A stretch of 64,000 nucleotides of DNA from assembly GCA_963772225.1 (NCBI GenBank), contig CAVYWD010000001.1, positions 1,314,706 to 1,378,705 of the forward strand. Reading direction: 5' to 3'. The notes below the pieces were generated by a model. It was given only the letters and a program-made list of their open reading frames with translations. It did not search any database and was not told the DNA's origin. Positions 37,587 through 47,545 of this stretch are shown here, in pieces. Source of the stretch: an uncultured delta proteobacterium. Its GTDB lineage: Bacteria > Myxococcota > Myxococcia > Myxococcales > UBA5297. How positions within the stretch are numbered: the stretch's first letter is position 1; each line of letters opens with the position of its first letter. The position numbers and the translations under genes were made by a program.

Positions 37587-37779
37587 GAGGCCGCCGCTGA
37601 CGCTCAACCTCCCGCCGCTCGACGGCCCCACCGCGGCTTGGCTGCTCGACCTCTGCGGCCAGCTCCAAGTCGCGCTCTGGCAAGAGTACGGCGACGAGGT
37701 CGAGGCCCACTGGACTGCGACCGAGCCCAACCAGCTCCTCTACGGGCCCCTGCAGCCCGCCTCGCGCAAGAGGCGCTGA
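37579..37779 (+). CDS. Hypothetical 66-aa ORF translationally coupled (ATGA) to istB.
   Basis: Start overlaps the istB stop; GC3-rich codons; no recognisable domain. Confidence 0.25.
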   Translation: MIERPPLTLNLPPLDGPTAAWLLDLCGQLQVALWQEYGDEVEAHWTATEPNQLLYGPLQPASRKRR

Positions 37780-38192
37780 TACCGCGATTCTGCCCGGGCC
37801 GCAGGTGTGGCCCTCAGAGCGGGCTCCGCTGGCGAGCGTCCCGCGACCGCGACGGAATGCCTGCGGCCCGGGCGCCCTTCATCACCGCGACAGACTGACC
37901 GCCGGAGGCGCCCGACCCGCCTTCGGCGGTCGGCGTTTTGATCCCGCTCCGGAATGGGGCCCGGGCCCTGACGAGTCCAGCGCGGGGACAGCGCCTCGTT
38001 TCCGCGATCCGTAGACGGCGGGGACGGCTCGCCCGCCTCCGTATTCGCCCGCACCCTTCTGACGGCCTGCGCCCGCAACCCCGCAACCGAGACTGGATCG
38101 CCAAAACCGCCGAGAGTGGATCACCTCCACGCCGCCGCCGAAGTGTCGGGGATATACATGGCCGCTCCTCGCTGCGCCGACCGCGCGCAGGC

Positions 38193-38840
38193 TCACTCGT
38201 TCGCGTCGTCCTCGCTGAGGAGCCGATAGAGAGACTTGCGCGCGTCTTTGAGGATCTTCTTGGCGTCCGCGACCTGCGCGGCGTTGCCGGAGCCGATCAC
38301 CTGCCTCGCCGCGGAGGCGACCTCGCCCAGAAGCTTCATGAGCTCGAGGGTCTGCTCGCGGGCGTCTCCGCCGATAGACTCCCACGGCGCGGACACCTCG
38401 TCCGAGTGCTCTTTCACGTACGCGCGGCCCTTCTCGCTGAGCTGGAAGCTGCGGCCGGCGCCGCTCGACTCCGCGCTGATCAGCCCTTCGTCCTCGAGCT
38501 GCTGCAGCGTCGGGTAGACCGAGCCCGAGCTGGGCCGCCACATCCCGCGGCTGCGCTGCTCCAGCTCCTGCATGATCTGGTAGCCGTTCAGGGCCTTCTC
38601 GGAGAGCAGCGCCAAGATCGCCGCGCGAATGTCGCCCCGGCGCGCCCTCGCGCCGGCAGCGAACATGTCCCAGGGGAAGCGGCGAAACGGGTGGCCACCT
38701 CGGCCAAAGCCGAACGGCGCGCCGCCGCCCTCGTGTCCCCCGGAGCCGCGGTGCCTTCGGGCGCCCATCGCCCACAGCACCCGGTCTTCCCAACCGATGC
38801 CACCCGTTCTCTCGGAGAAATGCGGTTCATGCTCTGACAT
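38193..38840 (-). CDS. PadR-family transcriptional regulator.
   Basis: Winged-HTH core RRGDIRAAILALLSEKALNGYQIMQELEQRSRGMWRPSSGSVYPTLQQLEDEGLI. Confidence 0.8.
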   Translation of the reverse strand: MSEHEPHFSERTGGIGWEDRVLWAMGARRHRGSGGHEGGGAPFGFGRGGHPFRRFPWDMFAAGARARRGDIRAAILALLSEKALNGYQIMQELEQRSRGMWRPSSGSVYPTLQQLEDEGLISAESSGAGRSFQLSEKGRAYVKEHSDEVSAPWESIGGDAREQTLELMKLLGEVASAARQVIGSGNAAQVADAKKILKDARKSLYRLLSEDDANE

Positions 38841-39279
38841 GGTTCGCTCCTTGTGGGTCGCGACAGGCGCCGAACGGCGTCATGTCGAGATACGTTTACG
38901 ATATATCGCGACACGTCTTTGTCAGAATCCGGGCGGCGCGCGCCAGGACCTTTGCCCCTCGCGTTGAGCGCGCCGGGCGAGCCCGCATCGGCGGGCCCCC
39001 AATCGAGGCCCAGACCGAGGCACCGCGCATCGCACGCAGGCCCGCCGAGGACATGCATCGGTGGGCCCCGACCGAGGCGCCAATCGCGGCGAGCGCCGCC
39101 GCCTGTGAGCGAATGGCCGACCACCTCGACATCTCCCTCGAGGCAATGCGAGGCTCTTTGCGCTGCGCCCCGAATGCCTCGAGGGACCGCTCTTCACAAC
39201 ACTGGAGGCCTCGGGTCCGAAGCCCTTGGGAAGGAAAACCCGCTGCCGCGGCTCCCGCGGCGCACAAGGAGGACGCGCC

Positions 39280-40020
39280 ATGTCGAATCATCGTTTTGGA
39301 AAGCATCCCGCGAAGCACGATTACCGCACGCTCCGCTTCCGGACCTACCTGAAGCCGGGGCTCGCGCCGCCCCCGGCCTCCTACGACGTCCTCCAAAAGG
39401 TCTACGCCAACCTCAAGATGCAGGACCCGACCGCGCTCTTCCCCATGGACGGAAACGACGCCTACGGCGACTGCACCATCGCCGCGTTGGCGCACGCGGT
39501 GACGACCTACCGCGGCATGGTCGGCAAGGAGCTCGTCCCCTCGAAGCAGGCGGTCCTGAAGCTCTACCTGCATCTGACCGGCGGCGTCGACTCGGGCCTG
39601 AGCGAGCTCGATGTGCTCGGCTACTGGCGCAAGAGCTCGTTCCAGGGCGACAAGGCCCTCGCCTACGTGAGCATCGACCCGAAGAACCACACCCACGTGC
39701 AGCAAGCGGTCCAGATGTTCGGCGGCGTCTACCTCGGCTTCCAGGTGCAGCAGGGCTGCCTGCAGGACTTCGAGGCGCGCAAGCCTTGGACGCCGGGCCC
39801 GCTCACGAACGACGGGCACGCGGTGTTCGCGGTCGGCTACGACGCGAGCGGCGTGACCGTGCTCACCTGGGGCAACACGCAGCAAGGGACCTGGGCGTGG
39901 TGGGACGACTGCGTCGACGAGGCGTACGCCATCCTGCCTACCGACGCTCAGGAGTCCGGCTTCGCGCAGGGCTTCGACTTCGCGCAGCTGAAGGCGGACC
40001 TCGCGGCCGTCGCTTCTTGA
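39280..40020 (+). CDS. Papain-like (C1-family-like) cysteine peptidase homolog.
   Basis: Catalytic-type motifs NDAYGDCTIAALAHA (Cys) and NDGHAVFAVGYDASG (His, matching papain DHAV..VGY). AAGGAGGA ribosome-binding site. Confidence 0.55.
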   Translation: MSNHRFGKHPAKHDYRTLRFRTYLKPGLAPPPASYDVLQKVYANLKMQDPTALFPMDGNDAYGDCTIAALAHAVTTYRGMVGKELVPSKQAVLKLYLHLTGGVDSGLSELDVLGYWRKSSFQGDKALAYVSIDPKNHTHVQQAVQMFGGVYLGFQVQQGCLQDFEARKPWTPGPLTNDGHAVFAVGYDASGVTVLTWGNTQQGTWAWWDDCVDEAYAILPTDAQESGFAQGFDFAQLKADLAAVAS

Positions 40021-40123
40021 TCGGCTCTCTGCATCGCGTCGCCCGACCTCGATGCCGCGCGCATCCTGGTCGGGTGCCGCGGCCGCAGGGGGCATCATCC
40101 GCCCGGTGACGCCGCGACAAGCC

Positions 40124-41032
40124 CTACTGGCAATCGGGGTAGGCCAGGTCCCAGGTGACGACGGCGTCCACCGGCTGGGTCCCCATCGCGTCGAGCGGCA
40201 CCGGGGGGCTGACCTCCGCGGTCTGGGTGGCCGAGAGGTGCGGGCAACGCCCCGGCGGGAGGGGAAGGATGCCGCTCCGGTACGCGCCCACTTCGTGCGT
40301 GTACGTCCCGTCGACGGCCAGCCCAGGAGTCACGACGCGATGGGAAGTGCCGGTGATTTGGACGCAGGGAAACTGGACGGAGTAGGTGCAGGCATCGAGG
40401 TCGACGAGGACCTGCGCGGGCAACCCGGGGCAAGGGGGATAGGCGCTGGGCATTTGGATGCCCTGAGCGGAGCCCTGAAGGTGGAGGTCGTCGGTGACGT
40501 AGCCGTCGTCGATGGTCGCGACGAACTCGTTGTCGAAGCTGCCGGCGCCGACCACGTCCTGGTCGGTCTCCTGCGCCCAGGCGCGCTGGCGCAGTCCCGA
40601 CTGATTGCGCAGGGTAGCCGTGAGGGTGCTGCTCTCGTTGAAGCTGTTCTGACACGTGCCTGCCGCGCCGGACGACGGAAAGCGGGCGACGAGGGCAAAG
40701 GTGAACGTACCCCTCCAATAGGTCGAGTCGTCGAGGGAGCAACCACCATCGCCTTGCCCCGAATCACCCCCGACGCCCGACGCATCGCCGACATCGCCGA
40801 CATCGCCGACATCGGCGGCGTCGGCAAGCGAGGCGTTACCCGCGTCGATCGGCAAGGCGTCGCGCGCGCCGGCATCCGGGCGGGTGGGGCCGTCGCCGCA
40901 GCTCGGGGCTACCGAAAGGAGAGCCGCACCTGCGAGGAACGCCGCCGGCAGAATGAGGTTTCGAATGGGCGCGCTCCTTCGCTCGAATACGAACCATAAT
41001 ACCACGACATTGCGCAAAGGGCTCGACGGCAT
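40124..41032 (-). CDS. Hypothetical secreted lipoprotein.
   Basis: AALLSVAPSCGDG lipobox-like signal; D/G-rich low-complexity linker; no known domain recognised. Confidence 0.5.
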   Translation of the reverse strand: MPSSPLRNVVVLWFVFERRSAPIRNLILPAAFLAGAALLSVAPSCGDGPTRPDAGARDALPIDAGNASLADAADVGDVGDVGDASGVGGDSGQGDGGCSLDDSTYWRGTFTFALVARFPSSGAAGTCQNSFNESSTLTATLRNQSGLRQRAWAQETDQDVVGAGSFDNEFVATIDDGYVTDDLHLQGSAQGIQMPSAYPPCPGLPAQVLVDLDACTYSVQFPCVQITGTSHRVVTPGLAVDGTYTHEVGAYRSGILPLPPGRCPHLSATQTAEVSPPVPLDAMGTQPVDAVVTWDLAYPDCQ

Positions 41033-41106
41033 AGCCGCTGTGATTTCCTTCGACGGTTTCTCAAGAATCCCGCGAGGAGCGGACCCCAAAACGCGCACCG
41101 AAGGGA

Positions 41107-41943
41107 TTATTGCCGCCCATGGAGCCTGCGCCAGGCATTCGGCGGGGCGGGCGTTCCGTTCGCCCACGAGATCACCGCCCAGCGCACCGAGCGCGGCGCA
41201 GGCAGGCGCCAGCCGCCGTCGTGGGCGACGAGGCTTTGCCCCAAGTATTCCCGCAGCCGCTCCAGCTCCTCCGGCGTCGCGCCCGAGAGCATGGCGCCCA
41301 ACGTCCGCAGCGCCTCGCCATGCGACGGGTACTGGCTCCACTGCTCCTTGCCGATGAGGGCGACGTCGGCGTGGATCCCCATCTCGTGCAGAAGCCCGAC
41401 GACCACCACGTAGTCCGCGCGGCGCGCAAACGGCCGACCCGCCGCCTGGAAGATCTGCCGGTCGCTCGGGCCGTCTCCCACCGGAGCCACCACGCACGCC
41501 CGCCGCCGGGCGGCGCGGTCGAGCTTCGCGAGCGCCGCGCCCAGGTCTTCGACTATGAGCGAGCGCGAGGCGACTACCAGGTCGTGCGCGCCGATGCCGA
41601 GGCGGTCCCAGTCGTCCTCCCAGCTCCCCAGCACGGCGGCGACGTTCTGGACGCCCTCCTTCGCGCAGCGGGCGCGGACGAGGTCGAGCATCTCGGGCGA
41701 GAAGTCGACCGCGGTGACCGACGCGGTCCGCCGCGCCAGAGGGATGGCGAGGGTGCCCGCGCCGCAGCCCACGTCGAGCGCGGTCCATTCGGGCTCGGGC
41801 GCGAGGAGCCGCAAGACCAGCTCGGCGTAGCCCGAATCCGCCGCCTGTCCCGCGAACGCGCGAGCGCGGGCGCTCCAGCCCTCGGAGCCTGACGGCGGCC
41901 GCTGCCGCTGCCCCGCCCGCCACTCGCCTTCCCAGTCGATCAT
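41107..41943 (-). CDS. Class I SAM-dependent methyltransferase.
   Basis: LDVGCGAGTLAIPLA motif I and DLVVAS motif; GGAGAGGAC ribosome-binding site. Confidence 0.75.
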   Translation of the reverse strand: MIDWEGEWRAGQRQRPPSGSEGWSARARAFAGQAADSGYAELVLRLLAPEPEWTALDVGCGAGTLAIPLARRTASVTAVDFSPEMLDLVRARCAKEGVQNVAAVLGSWEDDWDRLGIGAHDLVVASRSLIVEDLGAALAKLDRAARRRACVVAPVGDGPSDRQIFQAAGRPFARRADYVVVVGLLHEMGIHADVALIGKEQWSQYPSHGEALRTLGAMLSGATPEELERLREYLGQSLVAHDGGWRLPAPRSVRWAVISWANGTPAPPNAWRRLHGRQ

Positions 41944-42192
41944 GTCCTCTCCTCGCGCTGCGCGGCCCGCGTCAGCTCCCGCACCCCATGCGAGCGAGCT
42001 CGGCGTGCGCCCCTGACCGCCGAGACGCCGGCTCAAGCAGCCCGCCGCAGCCTTCTCCGCCGGGTCGCAGGGCTACGCCCGAATCGGCCGCCACTGGCGC
42101 GAGGCCCCTTGGATGCCGCGCTCCGCGAACCCTTGCATCCGCACGTCCGCCGACGCCGACGGTGCCGCGCGGGGCGAGGACGCGGCCATCGC

Positions 42193-43176
42193 CTACCCTC
42201 CGATGGCCGCCAGGTTGTTGGCCATTCCGAATCGCCCCTCGCGCAGGGCATGCGACGCGGGCTTTTCCTCGACGGCCCGCCGGATGGCGCGCTCCAGCTC
42301 CGCGCGGCTGGCGCTCGAGTCGTCCTGCAGGTAGGGGCGCAGCGCCAGGCGCCGCTCGCCGAAGAGGCACGGCCGCAGCTCGCCCGCCGCCGAGACGCGC
42401 AGGCGGTTGCAGGTCGCGCAGAAGTGCTCGCCGTAGGGCGCGATGAGCCCGACCCGGCCGGCGTGGCCGGCGCGGCCGTAGGGGACCGCCGGGCCGTCGC
42501 CCGGGTTGCGGGCGAGCGGGGCAAACCCGCGCGCCTCGAGCTCGCGCCGGAGCGCGCCGGCGCTCAGGTGGTTCTGCTCGAAGAAGGCCTGGTTGTCCCG
42601 CGTCTGCATGAGCTCGATGAACCGGACCGCGATGGGCCGCCGCTCGGCCCAGGCCAGAAACCGGTCCAGCTCGTCGACCTCGAGGCCGCGCAAAAGGACC
42701 GTGTTCACCTTCACCGCGCTGATGCCCGCGTCCAGCGCCGCGTCGATGCCGCGGAGCACCGCCGGCAGCTCGTCGCACCCGGTGACCCGCGCGAAGCGCT
42801 CGCGGTCCAGGCTGTCCACGCTCACGTTGATGGCGCTAAGCCCCGCCGCGCGCAGGTCCGCCGCGAGAGCCGCCAGGCGGTAGCCGTTGGTGGTGAGGCC
42901 GACGCGCTCGACCCCCGGCACGGCCGCGACGCGCTCCACGATCTCGCAGACGTCTGGCCGCGTGGTGGGCTCGCCCCCCGTCACCCGCACCTTCGAGAAG
43001 CCCAGGCTGGCGAACCCGCGCACCAGGCGCTCGACCTCATCCGCCGAGAGCGCGTCCCGCTCCACGTCGGAGGACCCGGAGGGCAGGCAGTAGACGCACC
43101 GGAAGTTGCAGCGGCGCGTGACCGAGAGGCGAAGGTAGCTCAGCGTCCGTCCGCGCCCGTCTCGTAGGGTTGGCAA
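42193..43176 (-). CDS. moaA: GTP 3',8-cyclase MoaA (radical SAM).
   Basis: CNFRCVYC radical-SAM cluster motif, a C-terminal second Cys cluster (CATCNRLRVSAAGELRPC) and GG tail. Confidence 0.9.
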   Translation of the reverse strand: MPTLRDGRGRTLSYLRLSVTRRCNFRCVYCLPSGSSDVERDALSADEVERLVRGFASLGFSKVRVTGGEPTTRPDVCEIVERVAAVPGVERVGLTTNGYRLAALAADLRAAGLSAINVSVDSLDRERFARVTGCDELPAVLRGIDAALDAGISAVKVNTVLLRGLEVDELDRFLAWAERRPIAVRFIELMQTRDNQAFFEQNHLSAGALRRELEARGFAPLARNPGDGPAVPYGRAGHAGRVGLIAPYGEHFCATCNRLRVSAAGELRPCLFGERRLALRPYLQDDSSASRAELERAIRRAVEEKPASHALREGRFGMANNLAAIGG

Positions 43177-43180
43177 AGGC

Positions 43181-43537
43181 TCACTCCATGACGCGCCAGT
43201 GGCGAAGCGACCACTTGCGCACAGTGCGGGGGAGGTGGCTGCCCACGGACCTGATGGCCAGCGCGGCGAGCAGCGCCGCGGGCGCGAGCCGCGGCGCGAG
43301 CGGGAGGGCGGCGAGCACGCCGACGTGGGCGAGGGTGGCGACGCCGCGCCCCTGGTAGACCCAGTGGCGGCTGTGGCTCACCTCGGTCAGGAGCAGCCCG
43401 AGTCCGGTCGCCGCGGCGAGCGCCTCCCAGAGCGGCTGGTGGCCTCCGGGCAGCGCGAAGGCGCCTCCCACGAGGAACGCGACCGCGGCGAGGTGGCCGG
43501 TCCGCAGGGCGATGGCGATGGCCCGCGCGAGGCTCAT
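43181..43537 (-). CDS. Small hydrophobic membrane protein, translationally coupled (ATGA) between moeA and moaA.
   Basis: 118 aa with three predicted TM segments. Confidence 0.5.
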   Translation of the reverse strand: MSLARAIAIALRTGHLAAVAFLVGGAFALPGGHQPLWEALAAATGLGLLLTEVSHSRHWVYQGRGVATLAHVGVLAALPLAPRLAPAALLAALAIRSVGSHLPRTVRKWSLRHWRVME

Positions 43538-44754
43538 CCTGCCACCTCGTCGGCCGCGGCGGAGGCGCGCAGCAGGTGGACCTCGAGCGGCGTCCCGGCG
43601 CGGACGGCGCCCCACTCCGCGGGCAGGGCCGCCAGGCCGTCGGCGCGCAGGCTCGTCCGGACAATCCCGGTGTCCTGCCGGCCCGCGGGCGTCGCGCACA
43701 GCTCGCCGCCGCGGCGCTCGAGGCGGACGCGCAGGAAGGTGACTCGGCCGGGCTTCTTCTCCACGTCCTGCTGGAGCCGCGCGCTCACCTGGGGCCGGAG
43801 CACCGAGCGGTGGCCCATCATCTTGAGCAGCGCCGGGCGCGCGAAGACCTCGAACATGAGCTGGGTCGACACCGGGTTTCCGGGCAGCGAGAAGATGGGG
43901 GTGCGACCGTGCACCGCGAACGCGGTGGGCCGGCCCGGCTTGACGTCCACCTTCCAGAACAACGGCTCGGCCCCCAGCTCGCCCAAGACCTCCCGAACGA
44001 GGTCGCGGTCGCCCATGGATACGCCCGCGGAGGTCACCAGCGCGTCGGCGCACAGCCCCTCGGCGAGGAGCGACCGGAGCGCGGCGCGATCGTCCGGGGC
44101 GATGCCGAGCAGCGTGGGCTCGGCGCCGACCTCCCGGACCGCCGCGGCCAGGGCGAAGGCGTTGCTGTTGTAGATCTTGCCGGCCGAAAGCGCCTCGCCC
44201 GGCTCCACCAGCTCGTCGCCCGTAGAGAGGATGGCGACGCGGGCCCTTCGGACCACTCGAACCGACACCTTGGAGAACGAGGCCAGGGCGCCGACGTCCG
44301 CCGGCGCGAGGGCGGTGCCGGCGCTGAGGAGCACGTCGCCGGAGCGGAGGTCCTCGCCTCGGCGCCGTACGTGGACTCCCGCCCGCACGGGGCCGGCGAT
44401 GCGAACCTGGCTCCCGCTCCGCTCGGCCTCCTCCAGCGGCACCACCGCGTCGGCGCCGGGAGGCATGGGCGCGCCCGTGAAGATGGCGAAGGCCGACGCA
44501 GGCGGCAGGGCGCCCGCCGAGTGACCGCCGGCGGGCAGGGTGCCGGCAACCTCGAGCGCGGCCGGGCCGGGGCAGTCCGACGCGCGGACCGCGAAGCCGT
44601 CCATGGCCGAGTTGTCCCACGCCGGCAAGTCCCAGGGAGCGACGACGTCGAAGGCCAGCACGCGTCCGCCGGCATCGAGGAGCGACACGACCTCGCTCTC
44701 GAGCACCGGCGCGCGGTCCAGGATGATCCGCCTTGCTTCCAGGAACGTCGGCAT
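43534..44754 (-). CDS. moeA: Molybdopterin molybdenumtransferase MoeA.
   Basis: MPTFLEARRIIL..., SAMDGFAV, LSTGDEL, GGVSMGDRD motifs. Confidence 0.9.
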   Translation of the reverse strand: MPTFLEARRIILDRAPVLESEVVSLLDAGGRVLAFDVVAPWDLPAWDNSAMDGFAVRASDCPGPAALEVAGTLPAGGHSAGALPPASAFAIFTGAPMPPGADAVVPLEEAERSGSQVRIAGPVRAGVHVRRRGEDLRSGDVLLSAGTALAPADVGALASFSKVSVRVVRRARVAILSTGDELVEPGEALSAGKIYNSNAFALAAAVREVGAEPTLLGIAPDDRAALRSLLAEGLCADALVTSAGVSMGDRDLVREVLGELGAEPLFWKVDVKPGRPTAFAVHGRTPIFSLPGNPVSTQLMFEVFARPALLKMMGHRSVLRPQVSARLQQDVEKKPGRVTFLRVRLERRGGELCATPAGRQDTGIVRTSLRADGLAALPAEWGAVRAGTPLEVHLLRASAAADEVAG

Positions 44755-44819
44755 CCGGCTCCTCGGGCGTCGCTTTGGCCTCTTCATCGTCCCTTGAGCG
44801 CGCCTTCGCGGATTATCCC

Positions 44820-45281
44820 TCACTCGCCGCTCTCGCCGCCTGGGCCGCGCGGCTCCATCAGCGAGTGCCCGGGCAGCCAGGCGCTCTGGCCGTCGACGTA
44901 GTGCTCCTGCTTCCAGACCGGCAGGCGGACTTTTATCTCCTCGATGATGTACCGGTTGGCGCGGTAGGCGGCGTCCCGGTGCGGCGCGCCCGCGGCGATG
45001 GCCACGCTGGCCTGGCCCACCTCGAGCCGGCCGATGCGGTGGAACACCGCGACCCCCAGGTCGGGGCCGAAGCGCTCCTCGGCCTCGCGCGCGATCTCCC
45101 GGAGCGTGGACTCGGCCAGCGCCTGGAAGGCGTCGTAGGTGACGGCCACGACCTGCCGCCCCTCGTGCAGGTTTCTCACCAGGCCCCAGAACTGCACCAC
45201 CGCGCCCCGGCTCGGCGCCGCCACCGCCTCGTCCAGCAGGGCCGGCGCGAGCGGCGTCTCCACGATGCCCACGGTCGCCAT
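44820..45281 (-). CDS. moaE: Molybdopterin synthase catalytic subunit MoaE.
   Basis: GAVVQFWGLVR...HRIGRLEVGQASVAIAAGAPHRDAAY... Confidence 0.85.
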   Translation of the reverse strand: MATVGIVETPLAPALLDEAVAAPSRGAVVQFWGLVRNLHEGRQVVAVTYDAFQALAESTLREIAREAEERFGPDLGVAVFHRIGRLEVGQASVAIAAGAPHRDAAYRANRYIIEEIKVRLPVWKQEHYVDGQSAWLPGHSLMEPRGPGGESGE

Positions 45282-45282
45282 C

Positions 45283-45570
45283 TCAGCCTCCGCACACCGG
45301 TGGCAGCACGGCCAGGTCGACCGCCTTCGCCGAAGGGACCGTCCAGTCCTCGCCCAAGAGCCGGTTCTCGTTGGCCAGCGCCGAGCGCTCGAGCAGCGCC
45401 GCGGCGCCCTGGCCCGCGCCGCCCTTCTGGAGCGCCGCGCCCAGCAGCCGCCGAACCTCCGCTGCGGTGGCGCCCGCCGGCGCCGCGAGCTTCACCTCGC
45501 CCCCGGGCGCCCACTGCCGAAAGGCCCCGAAGAGCCGGACCCGAAGCTCCACGGCCACGGGGGCCGTCAC
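45283..45570 (-). CDS. moaD: Molybdopterin synthase sulfur-carrier MoaD (ThiS/MoaD fold, C-terminal GG).
   Basis: Ends ...AVLPPVCGG. GTG start after GGAGGAGAAGGAGG. Confidence 0.7.
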   Translation of the reverse strand: MTAPVAVELRVRLFGAFRQWAPGGEVKLAAPAGATAAEVRRLLGAALQKGGAGQGAAALLERSALANENRLLGEDWTVPSAKAVDLAVLPPVCGG

Positions 45571-46046
45571 GGCGCGACCTCCTTCTCCTCCGGGTGAACC
45601 CACCGGCCGCTCTTGCCGCCCTCCTTCACCTCGAGCCGCACCTCGGAGAGGGTGAGCACCGGGTCCACCGCCTTGCACAGATCGTAGATGGCGAGGAGCG
45701 CCCCGCACACGCCGGACAACGCCTCCATCTCGACGCCGGTGCGAGCGGTGGCGGAGGCCTCGCACCGGGCCACCACCGTGCAGGCCTGCGGCTCGAAATC
45801 GAAGCGCACCGCCACGCGGTCGAGCGGCAGCGGATGACACAGGGGGATCAGCTCGGCGGTCCGCTTGGCGGCCAGCATGCCGGCCACCTCGGCCTGCGCC
45901 AGCACGTCGCCCTTGGGGTTCTTGCCGTCGCGCAGCGCCTGGAAGGCCTCCGGCGACATGCGGATGCGCCCCACCGCCCGGGCGCGGCGGCGGGTGGGGA
46001 CCTTCTCGCCCACGTCGATCATTTTGAAGCGCTGCGATTCAGCCAT
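45567..46046 (-). CDS. moaC: Cyclic pyranopterin monophosphate synthase MoaC.
   Basis: KMIDVGEK...TAELIPLCHPL...GVEMEALSGVCGALLAIYDLCKAVD. Confidence 0.9.
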   Translation of the reverse strand: MAESQRFKMIDVGEKVPTRRRARAVGRIRMSPEAFQALRDGKNPKGDVLAQAEVAGMLAAKRTAELIPLCHPLPLDRVAVRFDFEPQACTVVARCEASATARTGVEMEALSGVCGALLAIYDLCKAVDPVLTLSEVRLEVKEGGKSGRWVHPEEKEVAP

Positions 46047-46860
46047 GATTGAACACCTCGAACTGCATCTCGCTCAGGTCCACCATCAGCGCGCGCCCGG
46101 ACAGCGGCCGGCCGACCCCGAGCAGCACCTTGGCGAGCTCGGCCACCTGCAGGCTCGCCACCACCGCGGGCGCGAAGGCCGGGTTGCCCAGGCCGCGCTC
46201 CACGCCCTTGCCGTCTCCGCCGGCCGCGCCGAGGAGCGGCGAGAGGTCCTCGCCGGGCAGCTGGGTCGCGACCTGTCCGTACCAGCCGGCGATGGCGCCG
46301 TGCACCAGCGGAATGCCCAGCGCGCGGCAGCGGGCGGCGAGCGCGCGCCGCACGTTCATGTCGTCGAGCCCGTCGGCAACCGCGCTGGCCCCGCTCAAGA
46401 GCTGGGCGGCATTCTCGGAGCCAAAGGCGACGCGATGCGCGCGGGCGGTCACCGAAGGGTTCACCTCGGCGACGCGCCGCAGCGCTGCCTCCACCTTGGG
46501 GACGCCGAGCAGCGCCGGGCTTGCGAGCAGCTGGCGGTTCAGGTTGTGCTCCTCGAAGACGTCGGGGTCGACGAGGTCGAGCGTCCCGACGCCGAGCCGC
46601 GCGAGCTCCTCCACGAGGTAGCCGCCCAGCCCGCCGCAGCCCACGACCGCCACCCGGCTCGCGAAGAGCCGTCGCTGCTGCGCGGTGGAGAAGGTGCTGC
46701 GGTTGCGGGCGTACCGCAGCGGCAGCAAGCCCGCCTCCAAAATGGCGGCTTCGACCTGGGCGAGCGAGAGCCCGTGGCGCGCGGCGCCCGCCTGCTGGGC
46801 CGCCCAGGGCACGAGGTCGCCCTTGGCCTCGGCGCGCAGGAAGCTCTCGAGCTCGGTCAC
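46039..46860 (-). CDS. moeB: MoeB/ThiF-family adenylyltransferase (molybdopterin-synthase adenylyltransferase-like).
   Basis: [23 protein letters not shown] Rossmann motif; the start is uncertain (GTG 46860 chosen). Confidence 0.75.
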   Translation of the reverse strand: MTELESFLRAEAKGDLVPWAAQQAGAARHGLSLAQVEAAILEAGLLPLRYARNRSTFSTAQQRRLFASRVAVVGCGGLGGYLVEELARLGVGTLDLVDPDVFEEHNLNRQLLASPALLGVPKVEAALRRVAEVNPSVTARAHRVAFGSENAAQLLSGASAVADGLDDMNVRRALAARCRALGIPLVHGAIAGWYGQVATQLPGEDLSPLLGAAGGDGKGVERGLGNPAFAPAVVASLQVAELAKVLLGVGRPLSGRALMVDLSEMQFEVFNHG

Positions 46861-47250
46861 TCTGTGCCTTTCACCGGAGCGCTCCGAGGCGAACCGCCGC
46901 CGAAGCGCCCGCCCGCAATGATGATACCCGGGCCGCTGCCGCCGAGGTGGAGCGCGCACACGCGGGCGCGCCGGTCGGGGCGGTGCTGCGGGTCCTCGGC
47001 CTGGCCGACCCGGCGGCCCGCGGCCGCGCGCGACACCGCACCACCCGCTACGACTTCGAGTCGGCCCTGGGACGCTCGGCGGCGTTCCGACGCGCGGTCG
47101 AGCAGGCGCGGGGTGCCACCACGAACGACCTGCCGGTGGTGCTGACCGGCGAGTCCGGCACCGGCAAGGAGCTGTTCGCCCAGTCCATCCACGCCGGGAG
47201 CGGCCGCAGCGGCAGGCCGTTCGTGGCGCTCAACTGCGCCTCGCTTCCAG

Positions 47251-47545
47251 CGGCGCTGATCGAATCGGAGCTGTTCGGCTACGAGGCGGGGGCCTTCACC
47301 GGCGCCGCGCCGGGGGGAAAGGCCGGGCCGGTTCGAGGACGCCGACCGCGGGACGCTCTTCCTGGACGAGCTGAGCGAGCTGCCGCCGCCGGCGAAGGTG
47401 GCGCTGCTGCGGGTGCTGCAGGAGGGCGAGGTGGTGCGAATCGGAGGCAGCGCGGCCCGGCGGGTGGACGTCCGGGTGCTGGGGGCGACGAATCGGCCGC
47501 TCGACGCCGAGGTCCGCGCCGGCCGGTTCCGGCGCGACCTCTACT
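47251..47545 (+). repeat. Direct repeat copy 1 (~290 bp of the sigma-54 activator AAA+ coding segment) flanking the insertion.
   Basis: About 80–85% identical to 48317–48600 by eye (CGATCGAATCGGAGCTGTTCGGCT...TTCACCGG.GCCGCGCCGGGGGAA...). Confidence 0.75.

Larger units (their letters stand above)
34048..38150 (+). mobile_element. IS21-family insertion sequence (~4.1 kb) carrying a ParB-like gene upstream of istA/istB. The left end is defined by multiple terminal repeats; the right end is approximate (before PadR, 38193).
   Basis: istA (HTH + DDE) and istB (AAA+ Walker A GKSGTGKSH) are in the typical overlapping arrangement. Four direct copies of TGTCACGCGCC(GGCTTCG) lie at 34048–34275. Inverted, degenerate copies (CGGGGACAG-type) lie at 37983–38035. 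Confidence 0.65.
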
